Source of the DNA: Myxococcales bacterium
Lineage (GTDB): Bacteria; Myxococcota_A; Polyangia; Polyangiales; DASUME01
Assembly (NCBI GenBank): GCA_047601445.1
Contig: JASGJH010000001.1
Coordinates: 6,592,001-6,656,000 of the forward strand
DNA: 64,000 bases
Direction: 5' to 3'
Positions 43,949 through 53,883 of this stretch are shown piece by piece. The notes under the pieces are model-generated. The model made no database searches. It was not told the DNA's origin and saw nothing but the letters and a program-made list of their open reading frames with translations. Position 1 is the first letter of the stretch, and each line of letters starts with the position of its first letter. The position numbers and the translations under genes were made by a program.

Positions 43949-44317
43949 ATGATCCAGACCGAAACCAACCTGGACGTCGCCGACAATAGCGGAGCCCGCC
44001 GCGTGCAGTGCATCCGCGTGCTCGGTGGCTCGCAGCGTCGCTACGCCGGTCTCGGCGATGTGATCGTCGTGGCCGTGCAAGAGGCGCTTCCGAACGCCAA
44101 GGTCAAGAAGGGCGAGGTCGCGAAGGCGGTCGTAGTCCGTACGGCCCGCGAGTATCAGCGCCCGGACGGCACCTACATCAAGTTCGACACCAACAGCGCA
44201 GTGCTGATCAACGCTCAGAACGAGCCGATCGGGACGCGCATCTTCGGGCCGGTCGCACGCGAGCTGCGCGGCAAGAAGTTCATGAAGATCATTTCGCTCG
44301 CACCTGAGGTGGTGTGA
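43949..44317 (+). CDS. rplN: 50S ribosomal protein L14
   Basis: [28 protein letters not shown]. Confidence 0.98.
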   Translation: MIQTETNLDVADNSGARRVQCIRVLGGSQRRYAGLGDVIVVAVQEALPNAKVKKGEVAKAVVVRTAREYQRPDGTYIKFDTNSAVLINAQNEPIGTRIFGPVARELRGKKFMKIISLAPEVV

Positions 44318-44658
44318 TGGCCAGCAAGATCAAGAAGGGCGACAAGGTCGTCGTGATCTCCGGCGCACACAAGGGGACCGTCGGCACCGTGAGCCGCGTG
44401 CTTCCCGAGTTCAGCCAGGTCGTCGTCGAGGGCGTGAACCGCGTGAAGCGTCACATGAAGCCCACTCCCCGCATGCCCGAGGGCGGCATCGTGGAGAAGG
44501 ATCGCCCCATCCACGTGTCCAACGTGGCCCTGGTGGATCCCAAGACCGAGAAGGCCACTCGTGTGCGTTTCCAGGTCGATGCGAACGGCAAGAAGAGCCG
44601 CGTCGCGGTCAAGAGCGGCAGCGTGATCGCTGACGTCAAGGCGCAAGCTGCGGGCTGA
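44317..44658 (+). CDS. rplX: 50S ribosomal protein L24
   Basis: KIKKGDKVVVISG..VEGVN..PIHVSNV. Confidence 0.97.
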   Translation: MASKIKKGDKVVVISGAHKGTVGTVSRVLPEFSQVVVEGVNRVKRHMKPTPRMPEGGIVEKDRPIHVSNVALVDPKTEKATRVRFQVDANGKKSRVAVKSGSVIADVKAQAAG

Positions 44659-44692
44659 GCTCCGGCTATCACCCGTAGATAAGGATTGAGCA

Positions 44693-45244
44693 ATGGCTGA
44701 GTACATTCCGCGGCTGAAGACGCACTACTCCGACAAGGTGGTGCCCGCGCTGAAGAAGCAGTTCACCTACAGTAGCCCGATGGAGGTTCCGCGCCTCGAG
44801 AAGATCGTGCTCAACATGGGTCTCGGCAGCGCTGTGCAGAACAGCAAGATCATCGAGGCGGCAGTGACCGAGCTCGGCATGATCGCCGGCCAGAAGCCTG
44901 TGGTCACGAAGGCCAAGAAGTCCATCGCCAGCTTCAAGCTGCGCGAGGGACAGGCCATCGGCGCCATGGTCACGCTCCGCAAGGACCGCATGTGGGAGTT
45001 CTTCGATCGTCTGGTCAGCTTCAGCCTGCCCCGCGTGCGCGATTTCCGCGGCGTGAGCAGCAAGGCCTTCGACGGTCGCGGCAACTACACGCTTGGTATC
45101 CGCGAGCAGATCGTGTTCCCCGAGATCGAGTACGACAAGGTCTCTAACATCCACGGCATGAACGTCTCGTTCGTCACCACCGCCAAGAACGATGAGCAGG
45201 GCCGCGCTCTGCTGACCGAACTCGGCATGCCGTTCCGCAAGTAA
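44693..45244 (+). CDS. rplE: 50S ribosomal protein L5
   Basis: [31 protein letters not shown]. Confidence 0.98.
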   Translation: MAEYIPRLKTHYSDKVVPALKKQFTYSSPMEVPRLEKIVLNMGLGSAVQNSKIIEAAVTELGMIAGQKPVVTKAKKSIASFKLREGQAIGAMVTLRKDRMWEFFDRLVSFSLPRVRDFRGVSSKAFDGRGNYTLGIREQIVFPEIEYDKVSNIHGMNVSFVTTAKNDEQGRALLTELGMPFRK

Positions 45245-45259
45245 GAAGAGAGAGCATCC

Positions 45260-45652
45260 ATGACGTCCGATCCCATCTCAGACATGCTCGCCCGCATTCG
45301 GAACGCCCAGCTCGCTCGCCTCGAGCGCGCGGAGATTCCGCTCTCCAAGCTCAAGCTTCACGTGGCCGAAGTGCTCAAGCGTGAAGGTTACGTGTCCGAC
45401 GTGCGCACCGAAGAGGGCATCCAGGGCAAGCTCGTGATCGTGCTCAAGTACGGTCAGGGTCACCAGGGCGCCATCGCTGGCATGCGTCGTCGCAGCCGCC
45501 CCGGCCGCCGCCTCTACATCGGCCACGACGAACTGCCCAAGGTCATGAATGGCCTCGGCATCGGCATCCTGTCGACGTCGCGCGGCATCATGACGGACAA
45601 AGACGCCCGCCGTGAGCAGATCGGTGGCGAGTTCCTGTGTGAGGTTTGGTGA
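45260..45652 (+). CDS. rpsH: 30S ribosomal protein S8
   Basis: DPISDMLARIRNA..SRPGRR..STSRG..GGE. Confidence 0.98.
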   Translation: MTSDPISDMLARIRNAQLARLERAEIPLSKLKLHVAEVLKREGYVSDVRTEEGIQGKLVIVLKYGQGHQGAIAGMRRRSRPGRRLYIGHDELPKVMNGLGIGILSTSRGIMTDKDARREQIGGEFLCEVW

Positions 45653-46257
45653 TGGAAACGGCACAAGAAAGCCAGCGCCAGTCTCGCGTCGGTAAGCGCC
45701 CTGTGGCTCTGCCCAAGGGTGTGGAAGTTACCGTCGACGCGACCTCGGTGAAGATCAAGGGCCCCAAGGGCTCGCTCGCTCGCACGCTGCCCCCGCTGGT
45801 CGCCGTCAAGAAGGACGGGGAGCAGCTGGTCATCAGCATCATCCCGAACGCCGGCGTCGAAGGTCCCAAGTTTCAGGGCCTCACCCGCGCGCTCGTGGCG
45901 AACATGGTGCAGGGCGTGTCGGCCGGTTACGCGCAGTCGCTCGACCTGTACGGCGTCGGCTATCGTGCGGAGCTCAAGGGCAAGGATCTCACCTTGTCCC
46001 TCGGCCTCTCCCACCAGGTGAAGTACCCGCTGCCCGCTTCGGTCAATGCCAAGGTCGAGATCCTCGACGAAGGTGGCACCAAGCGCCCGCGCATTCACCT
46101 CGATTCCTGTGACAAGGAACTCCTCGGCCAGGTGGCCGCTCGCATTCGCTCCTTCCGTCCGCCGGAACCCTACAAGGGCAAGGGCGTTCGTTACATGGGC
46201 GAGAAGATCAAGATGAAGGCTGGTAAGGCCGGTAAGACGGGCGCGAAGGGCAAGTAG
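45652..46257 (+). CDS. rplF: 50S ribosomal protein L6
   Basis: SRVGKRP..GVGYRA..RPPEPYKGKGVRY. Confidence 0.98.
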   Translation: METAQESQRQSRVGKRPVALPKGVEVTVDATSVKIKGPKGSLARTLPPLVAVKKDGEQLVISIIPNAGVEGPKFQGLTRALVANMVQGVSAGYAQSLDLYGVGYRAELKGKDLTLSLGLSHQVKYPLPASVNAKVEILDEGGTKRPRIHLDSCDKELLGQVAARIRSFRPPEPYKGKGVRYMGEKIKMKAGKAGKTGAKGK

Positions 46258-46324
46258 TCGAACGGGCGCACGGAGCGCCCTCTCGCACTAGGTTGCCATC
46301 GGCTCGCAAAAGATTGAGGACACC

Positions 46325-46681
46325 ATGGGTCAGACGAAAGAAGAAGGTCGCGCACGCCGCAAGCGTCGCATCCGCAAGAAGGTCTCGGGAGATGCGCAGC
46401 GTCCACGCCTCAGCGTGTTTCGCAGCACGAACCACATCTACGCCCAGGCCATCGACGACAGCACGGCCACCACGCTGGCGACCGTCTCGACCCTCAGCGA
46501 GGCGCTCAAGGGCGCCGAGGGAACCAAGACCGACGACGCCAAGGCCGTCGGTGCCGCGATTGCCAAGGTCCTGAAGGACAAGGGCATCGAGGCGGTGGTC
46601 TTCGATCGCAACGGCTACCTGTATCACGGTCGCGTGAAGGCGCTGGCCGAGGGCGCTCGCGAAGCGGGCCTCAAGTTCTAA
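46325..46681 (+). CDS. rplR: 50S ribosomal protein L18
   Basis: [26 protein letters not shown]. Confidence 0.98.
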   Translation: MGQTKEEGRARRKRRIRKKVSGDAQRPRLSVFRSTNHIYAQAIDDSTATTLATVSTLSEALKGAEGTKTDDAKAVGAAIAKVLKDKGIEAVVFDRNGYLYHGRVKALAEGAREAGLKF

Positions 46682-46705
46682 TCGGTCGGTCAGGAGAACT
46701 CTTCA

Positions 46706-47221
46706 ATGGCGTACATTGATCCCAATCAGCTCGAGGACCTCAAGGAGCGCGTGGTTCATATCAACCGCGTGGCCAAGGTCGTGAAGGGTGGCCGTCGCTT
46801 CGGCTTCAGCGCCTTGATCGTCGTCGGTGACGGCCACGGTCACGTGGGCGTGGGGCTGGGCAAGGCCAACGAGGTGCCCGACTCGATCCGCAAGGGCAAC
46901 GACCAGGCTCGTAAGGCGCTCCACAAGGTGCCGCTCGTGAACGGTTCCATCACCCACGAAGTGATCGGTCGTCACGGCTCGGCCCGCGTCATCCTCAAGC
47001 CTGCCAGCCCTGGAACGGGCGTGATCGCCGGCGGCGCTGTGCGCGCCGTCGTCGAAGCCGCGGGTATCCGCGACGTGTTGTCGAAGATCATCGGCACCAC
47101 CAACGCTCACAACGTCGTGCACGCCACGCTCGACGCCATGCGTCGGCTGGAAAACGCGGACGACGTTGCCCGTCGTCGCGGCGTGAGCGTCGAGCAGGTG
47201 CTCACCGGCAACGCTGGTTGA
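46706..47221 (+). CDS. rpsE: 30S ribosomal protein S5
   Basis: [24 protein letters not shown]. Confidence 0.98.
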   Translation: MAYIDPNQLEDLKERVVHINRVAKVVKGGRRFGFSALIVVGDGHGHVGVGLGKANEVPDSIRKGNDQARKALHKVPLVNGSITHEVIGRHGSARVILKPASPGTGVIAGGAVRAVVEAAGIRDVLSKIIGTTNAHNVVHATLDAMRRLENADDVARRRGVSVEQVLTGNAG

Positions 47222-47258
47222 GCCAAAAAGTTTTCATCCTCGGAACAGGAACTTGGCG

Positions 47259-47447
47259 ATGAAGCCCAAACTCAAGGTCACTCAAATCCGGAGCGGCGCC
47301 GGTCGCATCCCGAACCAGCGCAAGGTGCTGGCGGGGCTCGGCCTGCGCGGTCCGCACACGTCGGTCACGGTGGATAACACCCCGTCGTTCCGCGGCATGG
47401 TCAAGAAGGTGTTGCACCTTGTCACGGTGGAGGAGAGCGATGGCTGA
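47259..47447 (+). CDS. rpmD: 50S ribosomal protein L30
   Basis: LKVTQIRS..LGLR..RGMVKKVLHLV. Confidence 0.95.
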   Translation: MKPKLKVTQIRSGAGRIPNQRKVLAGLGLRGPHTSVTVDNTPSFRGMVKKVLHLVTVEESDG

Positions 47448-47940
47448 GTCTCAAGAGAAGCGCGCTCCCATTCTGTCTCGCCTGCGCGCGCCCGAGGGTG
47501 CGGTCAAGGGCAAGCACCGAATCGGTCGTGGTATCGGCTCCGGCTGGGGCAAGACGGCGGGCAAGGGCCAGAAGGGTCAGAAGGCCCGCGGCACCATGAA
47601 GCGCCTCGGCTTCCAGGGCGGTCAGATGCCGCTCCAGCGCCGTTTGCCGAAGATCGGCTTCAACAACATCTTCGCCGTGAAGTACGCCCCGGTGAACGTG
47701 TGTGACCTCGACATCTTCCCTGCCGGCACCGCGATCGACGAGACCGCGCTGCGCGCTCAGCGCATCGTGCGCGGCAAGTGGGACGGCGTGAAGGTGCTCG
47801 CGGCCGGCGAGATCACCAAGGCCGTCAAGATCAAGGTCAACGCCATCAGCGCGGCGGCCAAGGAAAAGATCGAGAAGGCCGGCGGCAGCGTGGAGCTGAT
47901 TCCGCGCGTCGAGCCCGGGCCCCGCAAGGCTCACGGCTGA
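47440..47940 (+). CDS. rplO: 50S ribosomal protein L15
   Basis: RIGRGIGSGWGKTAGKGQKGQ..GGQMPLQRRLPK..AGG. Confidence 0.97.
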   Translation: MAESQEKRAPILSRLRAPEGAVKGKHRIGRGIGSGWGKTAGKGQKGQKARGTMKRLGFQGGQMPLQRRLPKIGFNNIFAVKYAPVNVCDLDIFPAGTAIDETALRAQRIVRGKWDGVKVLAAGEITKAVKIKVNAISAAAKEKIEKAGGSVELIPRVEPGPRKAHG

Positions 47941-48016
47941 AGGATCCAACACAGGCGGTTCGCCGCCCGTGAGCACGGAAGGCCGCTTCGCGCAGTAGCG
48001 CCAGGCGACACGAAGG

Positions 48017-49342
48017 GTGGAACAGTTGAGCATCTTCGCCAACATCGGCAAGGTACCCGAGCTGCGGCGCCGCATCTTCTTCACGGTGGGGATGCTGGCG
48101 GTCTACCGCATCGGCATCTTCGTCACGACCCCTGGTGTCGACCGTAACGTGATGAAGTCGATCGTGGCCGATCAGAGCGCCACGTTCCTTGGCATGTTCA
48201 ACATGTTCTCGGGCGGTGCGCTCGAGCAGCTGTCGATCTTCGCCCTCGGCATCATGCCCTACGTCTCGGCGAGCATCATCCTGCAGCTCATGACCGTGGT
48301 CGTGAAGCCGCTCGAGGAGCTCCGCAAGGAAGGCGAGGCGGGTCAGCGCAAGATCAATCAGTACACGCGCTACGGCACGGTCGTGATCAGCATCGTGCAG
48401 AGCACGGGTCTCGCGATGTACTTCGAGGGCCTCAACGGCTCCACGCAGTACGGCGACGTGGTGCGCGAGCCCGGCTGGGGCTTCCGCCTGATGACCATGA
48501 TCTCCCTCACCACGGGCACCGCCTTCATCATGTGGCTGGGTGAGCAGATCAGCGAGCGCGGCATCGGCAACGGTACCTCGATGATCATCTTCGCGGGTAT
48601 CTGCGCAGACCTTCCAGACGCGCTGTTCCGCACCGCCTCGCTGCTCAAGACCAGCGAGAGCTTGCAGCCGGTGGACCTGCTGCTCGTGGTGGCCATCTGC
48701 GTGGCCATCGTGTGGATCATCTGCCGCGTCGAGCGCGCTCAGCGCCGCATCCCCATCCACTACGCGCGCCGCATGGTCGGTCGCAAGATGTACGGCGGCC
48801 AGACCTCGCACTTGCCGCTGCGCGTGAACATGGCGGGCGTGATCGCCCCCATCTTCGCATCCTCGCTTCTGCTCTTCCCCTCCACCCTGCAGCGCTTGAA
48901 CTTGCCGGGCATGGAGTGGGTCACGAACGCGCTGCAGCCCGGTAGCTGGGCCTACCTGGTCGTGTTCGTGCTGATGATCGTCTTCTTCTCCTTCTTCTAC
49001 ACCTCGGTGACCTTCCAGCCCGTGGAAGTCGCCGACAACTTGAAGAAGCAGAACGCCTTCATCCCGGGGATTCGTCCTGGCAAGAGCACGGCCGACTACA
49101 TCGATCGCATCGCCATGCGCCTGACGGCCGGCGGCGCGCTCTATGTCGCCCTGGTCTGCACCATCCCCTCGCTACTCCAGTCGTACTTCCACGTGCCGTT
49201 CTACTTCGGCGGCACATCAATCATGATCGTGGTGGGCGTCGCCCTCGACACCGTGCAGCAGGTGGAGTCCTACCTGATCACGCGCCACTACGAAGGTCTC
49301 ACCGGCCCACGCGGCCCGCGCATTCGCGCGCGAAAGGGGTGA
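48017..49342 (+). CDS. secY: Preprotein translocase subunit SecY
   Basis: [38 protein letters not shown]. Confidence 0.98.
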   Translation: MEQLSIFANIGKVPELRRRIFFTVGMLAVYRIGIFVTTPGVDRNVMKSIVADQSATFLGMFNMFSGGALEQLSIFALGIMPYVSASIILQLMTVVVKPLEELRKEGEAGQRKINQYTRYGTVVISIVQSTGLAMYFEGLNGSTQYGDVVREPGWGFRLMTMISLTTGTAFIMWLGEQISERGIGNGTSMIIFAGICADLPDALFRTASLLKTSESLQPVDLLLVVAICVAIVWIICRVERAQRRIPIHYARRMVGRKMYGGQTSHLPLRVNMAGVIAPIFASSLLLFPSTLQRLNLPGMEWVTNALQPGSWAYLVVFVLMIVFFSFFYTSVTFQPVEVADNLKKQNAFIPGIRPGKSTADYIDRIAMRLTAGGALYVALVCTIPSLLQSYFHVPFYFGGTSIMIVVGVALDTVQQVESYLITRHYEGLTGPRGPRIRARKG

Positions 49343-49345
49343 CAC

Positions 49346-49975
49346 GTGGATCTGGTCTTGTTCGGACCGCCCGGAGCAGGCAAGGGCACCCAGGCCAAGC
49401 GCCTCGTGGAATTGCTCAAGATTCCGCAGATTTCGACCGGTGACATGATGCGCGCCGAGCGCGCCGCCGGCACCGAACTCGGCAAGCGTTTCGATAGCTT
49501 CATGTCGCAGGGCCTGCTCGTTCCCGACGAGCTGGTGCTCGAGCTGATCCAGCAGCGCATCACCCAGTCCGACTGCGAAAACGGAGCAATTTTCGACGGT
49601 TACCCGCGTACCGTGGCGCAGGCCGAGGCCTTCGACGCGATGCTCGCCAAGCTCGGCCGCAAGATCGACAAGGTGATCTCCATGGAGGTCCCTCTCGAGG
49701 AGATGGTTGAGCGCGCTGTGGGGCGACGTATCCACGAAGAGACTGGACGCATCTACCATCTGCGCTATGATCCGCCCCCCCAAGGTCTCGAGGGGAAATT
49801 GGTGCAGCGAAAGGACGACACCGAAGAGGTGGTCCGGAAGCGCTTCACCGAATACGACGACAAGACCCGCCCGGTGCTCGGCTACTACACGACACGGGGC
49901 CTGGTCGGCGCAGTCAACGGGGTAGGTACCCTCGACGAGGTTACCGCCCGCATCCGAGCAGCCCTCAACGTTTGA
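49346..49975 (+). CDS. adk: Adenylate kinase
   Basis: GPPGAGKGTQA, STGDMMR, DGYPRT, QRKDD. Confidence 0.97.
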   Translation: MDLVLFGPPGAGKGTQAKRLVELLKIPQISTGDMMRAERAAGTELGKRFDSFMSQGLLVPDELVLELIQQRITQSDCENGAIFDGYPRTVAQAEAFDAMLAKLGRKIDKVISMEVPLEEMVERAVGRRIHEETGRIYHLRYDPPPQGLEGKLVQRKDDTEEVVRKRFTEYDDKTRPVLGYYTTRGLVGAVNGVGTLDEVTARIRAALNV

Positions 49976-50044
49976 GGCTGCATTCGCAGAGGATCGCACG
50001 CCCACCCGAGTTTGGGTGGGGAGTTCTGGAGAAGATTACGCAGA

Positions 50045-50254
50045 GTGTCCGCTGGCAGAGAGATTGAAGGCACGGTAGAGCTGGCCCTTCCGAAGGGGCT
50101 CTACCGGGTCCGCTGCGACGATGGCAGTAACATCGTGGCATCCCTCGGCGGCGTCGCTCGACAAGTTACGGTCAAAATCATCCCCGGGGATCGGGTGTTG
50201 CTAGAGATTTCAGCGTTCGATCCCACGCGTGCTCGCATCAAGAGCCGCATCTAG
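50045..50254 (+). CDS. infA: Divergent translation initiation factor IF-1
   Basis: EGTV..LP..YRV..IIPGDRV..S.FD.TR.RI pattern at the canonical infA position before rpmJ; start could be 50012. Confidence 0.75.
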   Translation: MSAGREIEGTVELALPKGLYRVRCDDGSNIVASLGGVARQVTVKIIPGDRVLLEISAFDPTRARIKSRI

Positions 50255-50312
50255 GGGCCCCGCGAGGGGCAAAGACGATGACCCGCAAGATGGAACCGAC
50301 AGAGGCACGATC

Positions 50313-50426
50313 ATGAAGGTACGCCCGAGCGTCAAAAAGGTCTGCGACAAGTGCAAGGTGATCCGCCGCAAGGGTGTGCTCCGGGTCATTTGCGAGAATC
50401 CGCGCCACAAGCAGCGGCAGGGTTGA
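50313..50426 (+). CDS. rpmJ: 50S ribosomal protein L36 (zinc-binding form)
   Basis: [25 protein letters not shown]. Confidence 0.97.
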   Translation: MKVRPSVKKVCDKCKVIRRKGVLRVICENPRHKQRQG

Positions 50427-50440
50427 GGGAGAGCTGAATC

Positions 50441-50803
50441 ATGGCCCGTATTGCAGGCGTAGACCTTCCCCCGCGCAAGCACGTCACCATCGCGCTTCGC
50501 TACATCTATGGAATTGGCCCCGCGAAGGCCAAGGCCATCTGCGTGGCTACCGGTATCCCGGAGAACCGCAAGACCGAGGAGCTCACGGAAGGCGACATCA
50601 AGCGCATCCGCGAATACCTCGATGCCAACGTGCGTGTGGAAGGTGACCTCCGCCGCGACGTGGCCATGGACATCAAGCGCCAGATGGACCTCGGCACCTA
50701 CCGTGGCCTCCGCCACCGTCGTGGCCTGCCGGTCCGTGGTCAGCGTACCAAGACCAACTCGCGCACCCGCAAGGGTCCGCGTCGTGGCGCAACCCGCCGC
50801 TGA
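50441..50803 (+). CDS. rpsM: 30S ribosomal protein S13
   Basis: [28 protein letters not shown]. Confidence 0.98.
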   Translation: MARIAGVDLPPRKHVTIALRYIYGIGPAKAKAICVATGIPENRKTEELTEGDIKRIREYLDANVRVEGDLRRDVAMDIKRQMDLGTYRGLRHRRGLPVRGQRTKTNSRTRKGPRRGATRR

Positions 50804-50879
50804 GATTGGGGCCGCTCGGCCCCTAGGAATTTAGGGCACGCAATGAACCGTGTCCGTTGAGTGAGAGACAAGGTAGACG

Positions 50880-51266
50880 ATGGCAAATCCGAAGGCCGTT
50901 AAGAAGAAGGTCAAGAAGAACGTCGCGACTGGCATCGCGCACATTCAGTCGACCTTCAACAACACGATCGTGACCGTCACGGACATCCAAGGGAACGTGG
51001 TGGCCTGGTCGAGTTCGGGTTCGAGCAACTTCAAGGGCTCGCGCAAGAGCACGCCCTTCGCCGCGCAGATCGCTGCCGAGAACGCAGCTCGCAAGGCGCA
51101 GGAGCACGGCATGCGCTCGCTTGCCATCTTCGTGAACGGCCCGGGCGCCGGACGTGAGTCCGCGCTGCGCGCGTTCCAGATCGTCGGCATGAAGATCACG
51201 CTCATCCGTGATGTCACGCCCATCCCCCACAACGGCTGCCGCCCGCCCAAGCGTCGTCGCGTCTGA
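50880..51266 (+). CDS. rpsK: 30S ribosomal protein S11
   Basis: [34 protein letters not shown]. Confidence 0.98.
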   Translation: MANPKAVKKKVKKNVATGIAHIQSTFNNTIVTVTDIQGNVVAWSSSGSSNFKGSRKSTPFAAQIAAENAARKAQEHGMRSLAIFVNGPGAGRESALRAFQIVGMKITLIRDVTPIPHNGCRPPKRRRV

Positions 51267-51289
51267 GTAACAGGTAGAAGGATTATCCA

Positions 51290-51916
51290 ATGGCTCGTTA
51301 TATCGGACCCGTTTGCCGTCTCTGCCGCCGCGAAGGCACCAAGCTCTTCCTCAAGGGCGACCGCTGTTTCACCGACAAGTGCGCGGTGGACCGTCGTCCT
51401 TACCCGCCCGGTCAGCACGGCCAGCGTCGCACCAAGTTCACCGAGTACGGCATCCGTCTGCGCGAGAAGCAGAAGGTGTCCCGCATCTACGGCATCTTGG
51501 AGCGTCAGTTCCGCAAGTACTTCAAGGAAGCTGACCGCGGCAAGGGCGTGACCGGTGAGACGCTGCTCTCGCTGCTCGAGCGTCGCCTCGACAACACCTG
51601 CTACCGTCTCGGTTTCGCGGCGACCCGCGCCGAGGCTCGCCACCTGGTCCGCCACAAGCACGTGTCGGTCAACGGCCGCGCCGTCAACATCCCCTCGTTC
51701 CGCGTGAAGCCGGGCGACAAGGTGGAGGTCCGTGAGGCCAGCCGCAAGATGGCGCGCGTGGCCAGTGCGCTGGACGCCGCTGAGAAGCGTGGCATCCCGA
51801 GCTGGCTCGACCTGAACCGCGGCGAGTTCGCGGGCACGGTCAAGACCATGCCGGTCCGCGAAGAGATCACGCTGCCCATCCAGGAGCAGCTCATCGTTGA
51901 GTTCTACTCGCGCTAA
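51290..51916 (+). CDS. rpsD: 30S ribosomal protein S4 (zinc-binding form)
   Basis: [24 protein letters not shown]. Confidence 0.98.
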   Translation: MARYIGPVCRLCRREGTKLFLKGDRCFTDKCAVDRRPYPPGQHGQRRTKFTEYGIRLREKQKVSRIYGILERQFRKYFKEADRGKGVTGETLLSLLERRLDNTCYRLGFAATRAEARHLVRHKHVSVNGRAVNIPSFRVKPGDKVEVREASRKMARVASALDAAEKRGIPSWLDLNRGEFAGTVKTMPVREEITLPIQEQLIVEFYSR

Positions 51917-52064
51917 TTAGCCAGCTCCGCAGGAGCGGCGTAGGGTGGGCGCCCTTGGCGAGAGAACGCCGAAGACCCAATAGCTTTTGTTTCGAATCTT
52001 GCTTGCGCGCGGGCCCCTATTATAGCCCGCCCGCTTCGACCCCTTCGGGGTCTCAGGAGAGCAC

Positions 52065-53090
52065 ATGAGCACGTCGCAGATGGTGGCCCGCAATTGGCGT
52101 GACCTGATCCGACCGAAGTCCCTTTCGGTGGAGCAAGAGACGCTTACGCCCACGTATGGCCGCTTCGTTTGTGAACCCCTCGAGCGCGGCTTCGGCATCA
52201 CGCTGGGCAACTCGCTTCGTCGCGTGCTCCTGTCCTCGCTGCAGGGCGCTGCCATCACCGCCGTCAAGATCGACGGCGCGCTTCATGAGTTCACCTCGGT
52301 TCCTGACGTCGTCGAGGACGTGACCACCATCGTGCTCAACCTCAAGGAGGTTGTGGTGCGTGCCCACAGTCCGCGTACGCACGTGGTGCGTATCGAGAAG
52401 GACGGGCCCTGTGAGGTCAAGGGTGGCGACATCCAGACCGGCGACCAGATCGAAGTGCTCAACCCTGACCACGTCATCTGCACGGTGTCCAAGGGCGGCC
52501 GTTTCTCGGCGGAGCTCACCATCACGGTGGGTCGCGGTTACGTCCCCTCCGAGCGCACCAAGCAGCCCGGACAGCCCATCGGTACCATCGCCATCGACGG
52601 CCTCTACTCGCCGCTTCGCAAGGTCAACTACACGGTGACCAATGCGCGCGTCGGCCAGATGACCGACTACGACAAGCTCACCCTCGAGGTGTGGACCGAC
52701 GGCTCCGTGAAGCCGCAGGACTCGGTGGCCTACGCCGCCAAGATCCTGAAGGACCAGCTCACCATCTTCATCAACTTCGAAGAGGAGCCCGAGGCGACCA
52801 CTTCGGTGAAGGAAGAGGACGAGCCCCTCAACGAGAATCTGTTCCGCTCGGTGGAAGAGCTCGAGCTCTCGGTTCGCTCGGCCAACTGCCTGCAGAACGC
52901 CAACATCCACCTCATCGGTGAGCTCGTGCAGCGCACCGAGAGCGAGATGCTGAAGACGAAGAACTTCGGTCGCAAGTCCTTGAAGGAGATCAAGGAAATC
53001 CTTGCCGACATGGGGCTCTCGCTCGGCATGCGCATCGACAACTGGCCGCAGATGCTGGAGCGCTGGAAGCAGCAGCAGTCCGCCGGCTGA
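52065..53090 (+). CDS. rpoA: RNA polymerase subunit alpha
   Basis: [35 protein letters not shown]. Confidence 0.98.
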   Translation: MSTSQMVARNWRDLIRPKSLSVEQETLTPTYGRFVCEPLERGFGITLGNSLRRVLLSSLQGAAITAVKIDGALHEFTSVPDVVEDVTTIVLNLKEVVVRAHSPRTHVVRIEKDGPCEVKGGDIQTGDQIEVLNPDHVICTVSKGGRFSAELTITVGRGYVPSERTKQPGQPIGTIAIDGLYSPLRKVNYTVTNARVGQMTDYDKLTLEVWTDGSVKPQDSVAYAAKILKDQLTIFINFEEEPEATTSVKEEDEPLNENLFRSVEELELSVRSANCLQNANIHLIGELVQRTESEMLKTKNFGRKSLKEIKEILADMGLSLGMRIDNWPQMLERWKQQQSAG

Positions 53091-53154
53091 TTTAGTGGAA
53101 GCTCGTAGCAGCGAGCAAAGTTAGAGCGGCGGGAGCCGCGAGGAACTAGGTATC

Positions 53155-53625
53155 ATGCGTCATCTCAAGGCAGGCCGGAAGTTTGGCCGTAACACCAGCC
53201 ATCGTCGTGCGATGTTCCGCAACCTTGCGGCCAACTTGGTGCTCCACGAGCGCATCGAGACCACGGACGCCAAGGCCAAGGAGCTGCGTCGCATCGCGGA
53301 GCGCCTGATCACGCGTGCCACGCGTCTCGGTGACGGCCTCACCGCCGACGTGTCCAAGCTGCCCGAGGCGGAGAAGCAGGCTTTGCTTGCTCGCCGCGTG
53401 CACGCGCAGCGTCTCGTCGCTCGCTTCCTGCCGCGCAATGTGGTCAAGGAAGTCGAGGGCGGCGAGCAGGTCGAGGTCGACCTCGTGTACAAGCTGTTCC
53501 ACGAGATCGCGCCCCGCTACATGGAGCGCGTCAAGGCTGGCAAGGGCGGCGGCTACACCCGCATCGTCAAGGTCGGTCCCCGCCGCGGCGACAACGCCCC
53601 GATCTCCATCATCGAGTTCGTCTGA
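53155..53625 (+). CDS. rplQ: 50S ribosomal protein L17 (with internal insertions)
   Basis: [35 protein letters not shown]. Confidence 0.96.
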   Translation: MRHLKAGRKFGRNTSHRRAMFRNLAANLVLHERIETTDAKAKELRRIAERLITRATRLGDGLTADVSKLPEAEKQALLARRVHAQRLVARFLPRNVVKEVEGGEQVEVDLVYKLFHEIAPRYMERVKAGKGGGYTRIVKVGPRRGDNAPISIIEFV

Positions 53626-53694
53626 GTGTCGTAGCGTCGGGCCGGCCAGCTCGACGTTCAGACTAGGCGAGCGCTCCTCCTGCAGGGAGGGCAA

Positions 53695-53721
53695 GAACGG
53701 GCACCCCAGGGGTGCCTGTTC
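53695..53721 (+). terminator. Hairpin at end of the alpha operon
   Basis: 12-bp stem GAACGGGCACCC/GGGTGCCTGTTC; weak T tail. Confidence 0.45.
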
Positions 53722-53883
53722 ACGTTTAAAGGCGCTGCGCGGGACGAGCGCGTGCCCGGCCAGGGTACGACGGCGCTGATCCTCGCGGGAATTGTCGTGG
53801 CCTGCACGAGCGGACGCTCGTAGACAAGCGTCACCGTTGCATGTGCGTCACGGACTAGCCAACTTAGTCCGCGGAGGAGTCCA

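Noticed and set aside
51995..52026. Internal rpoA promoter (TTGCTT..TATTATAG)
   Set aside because: -35/-10 spacing does not fit cleanly; possible but unsupported
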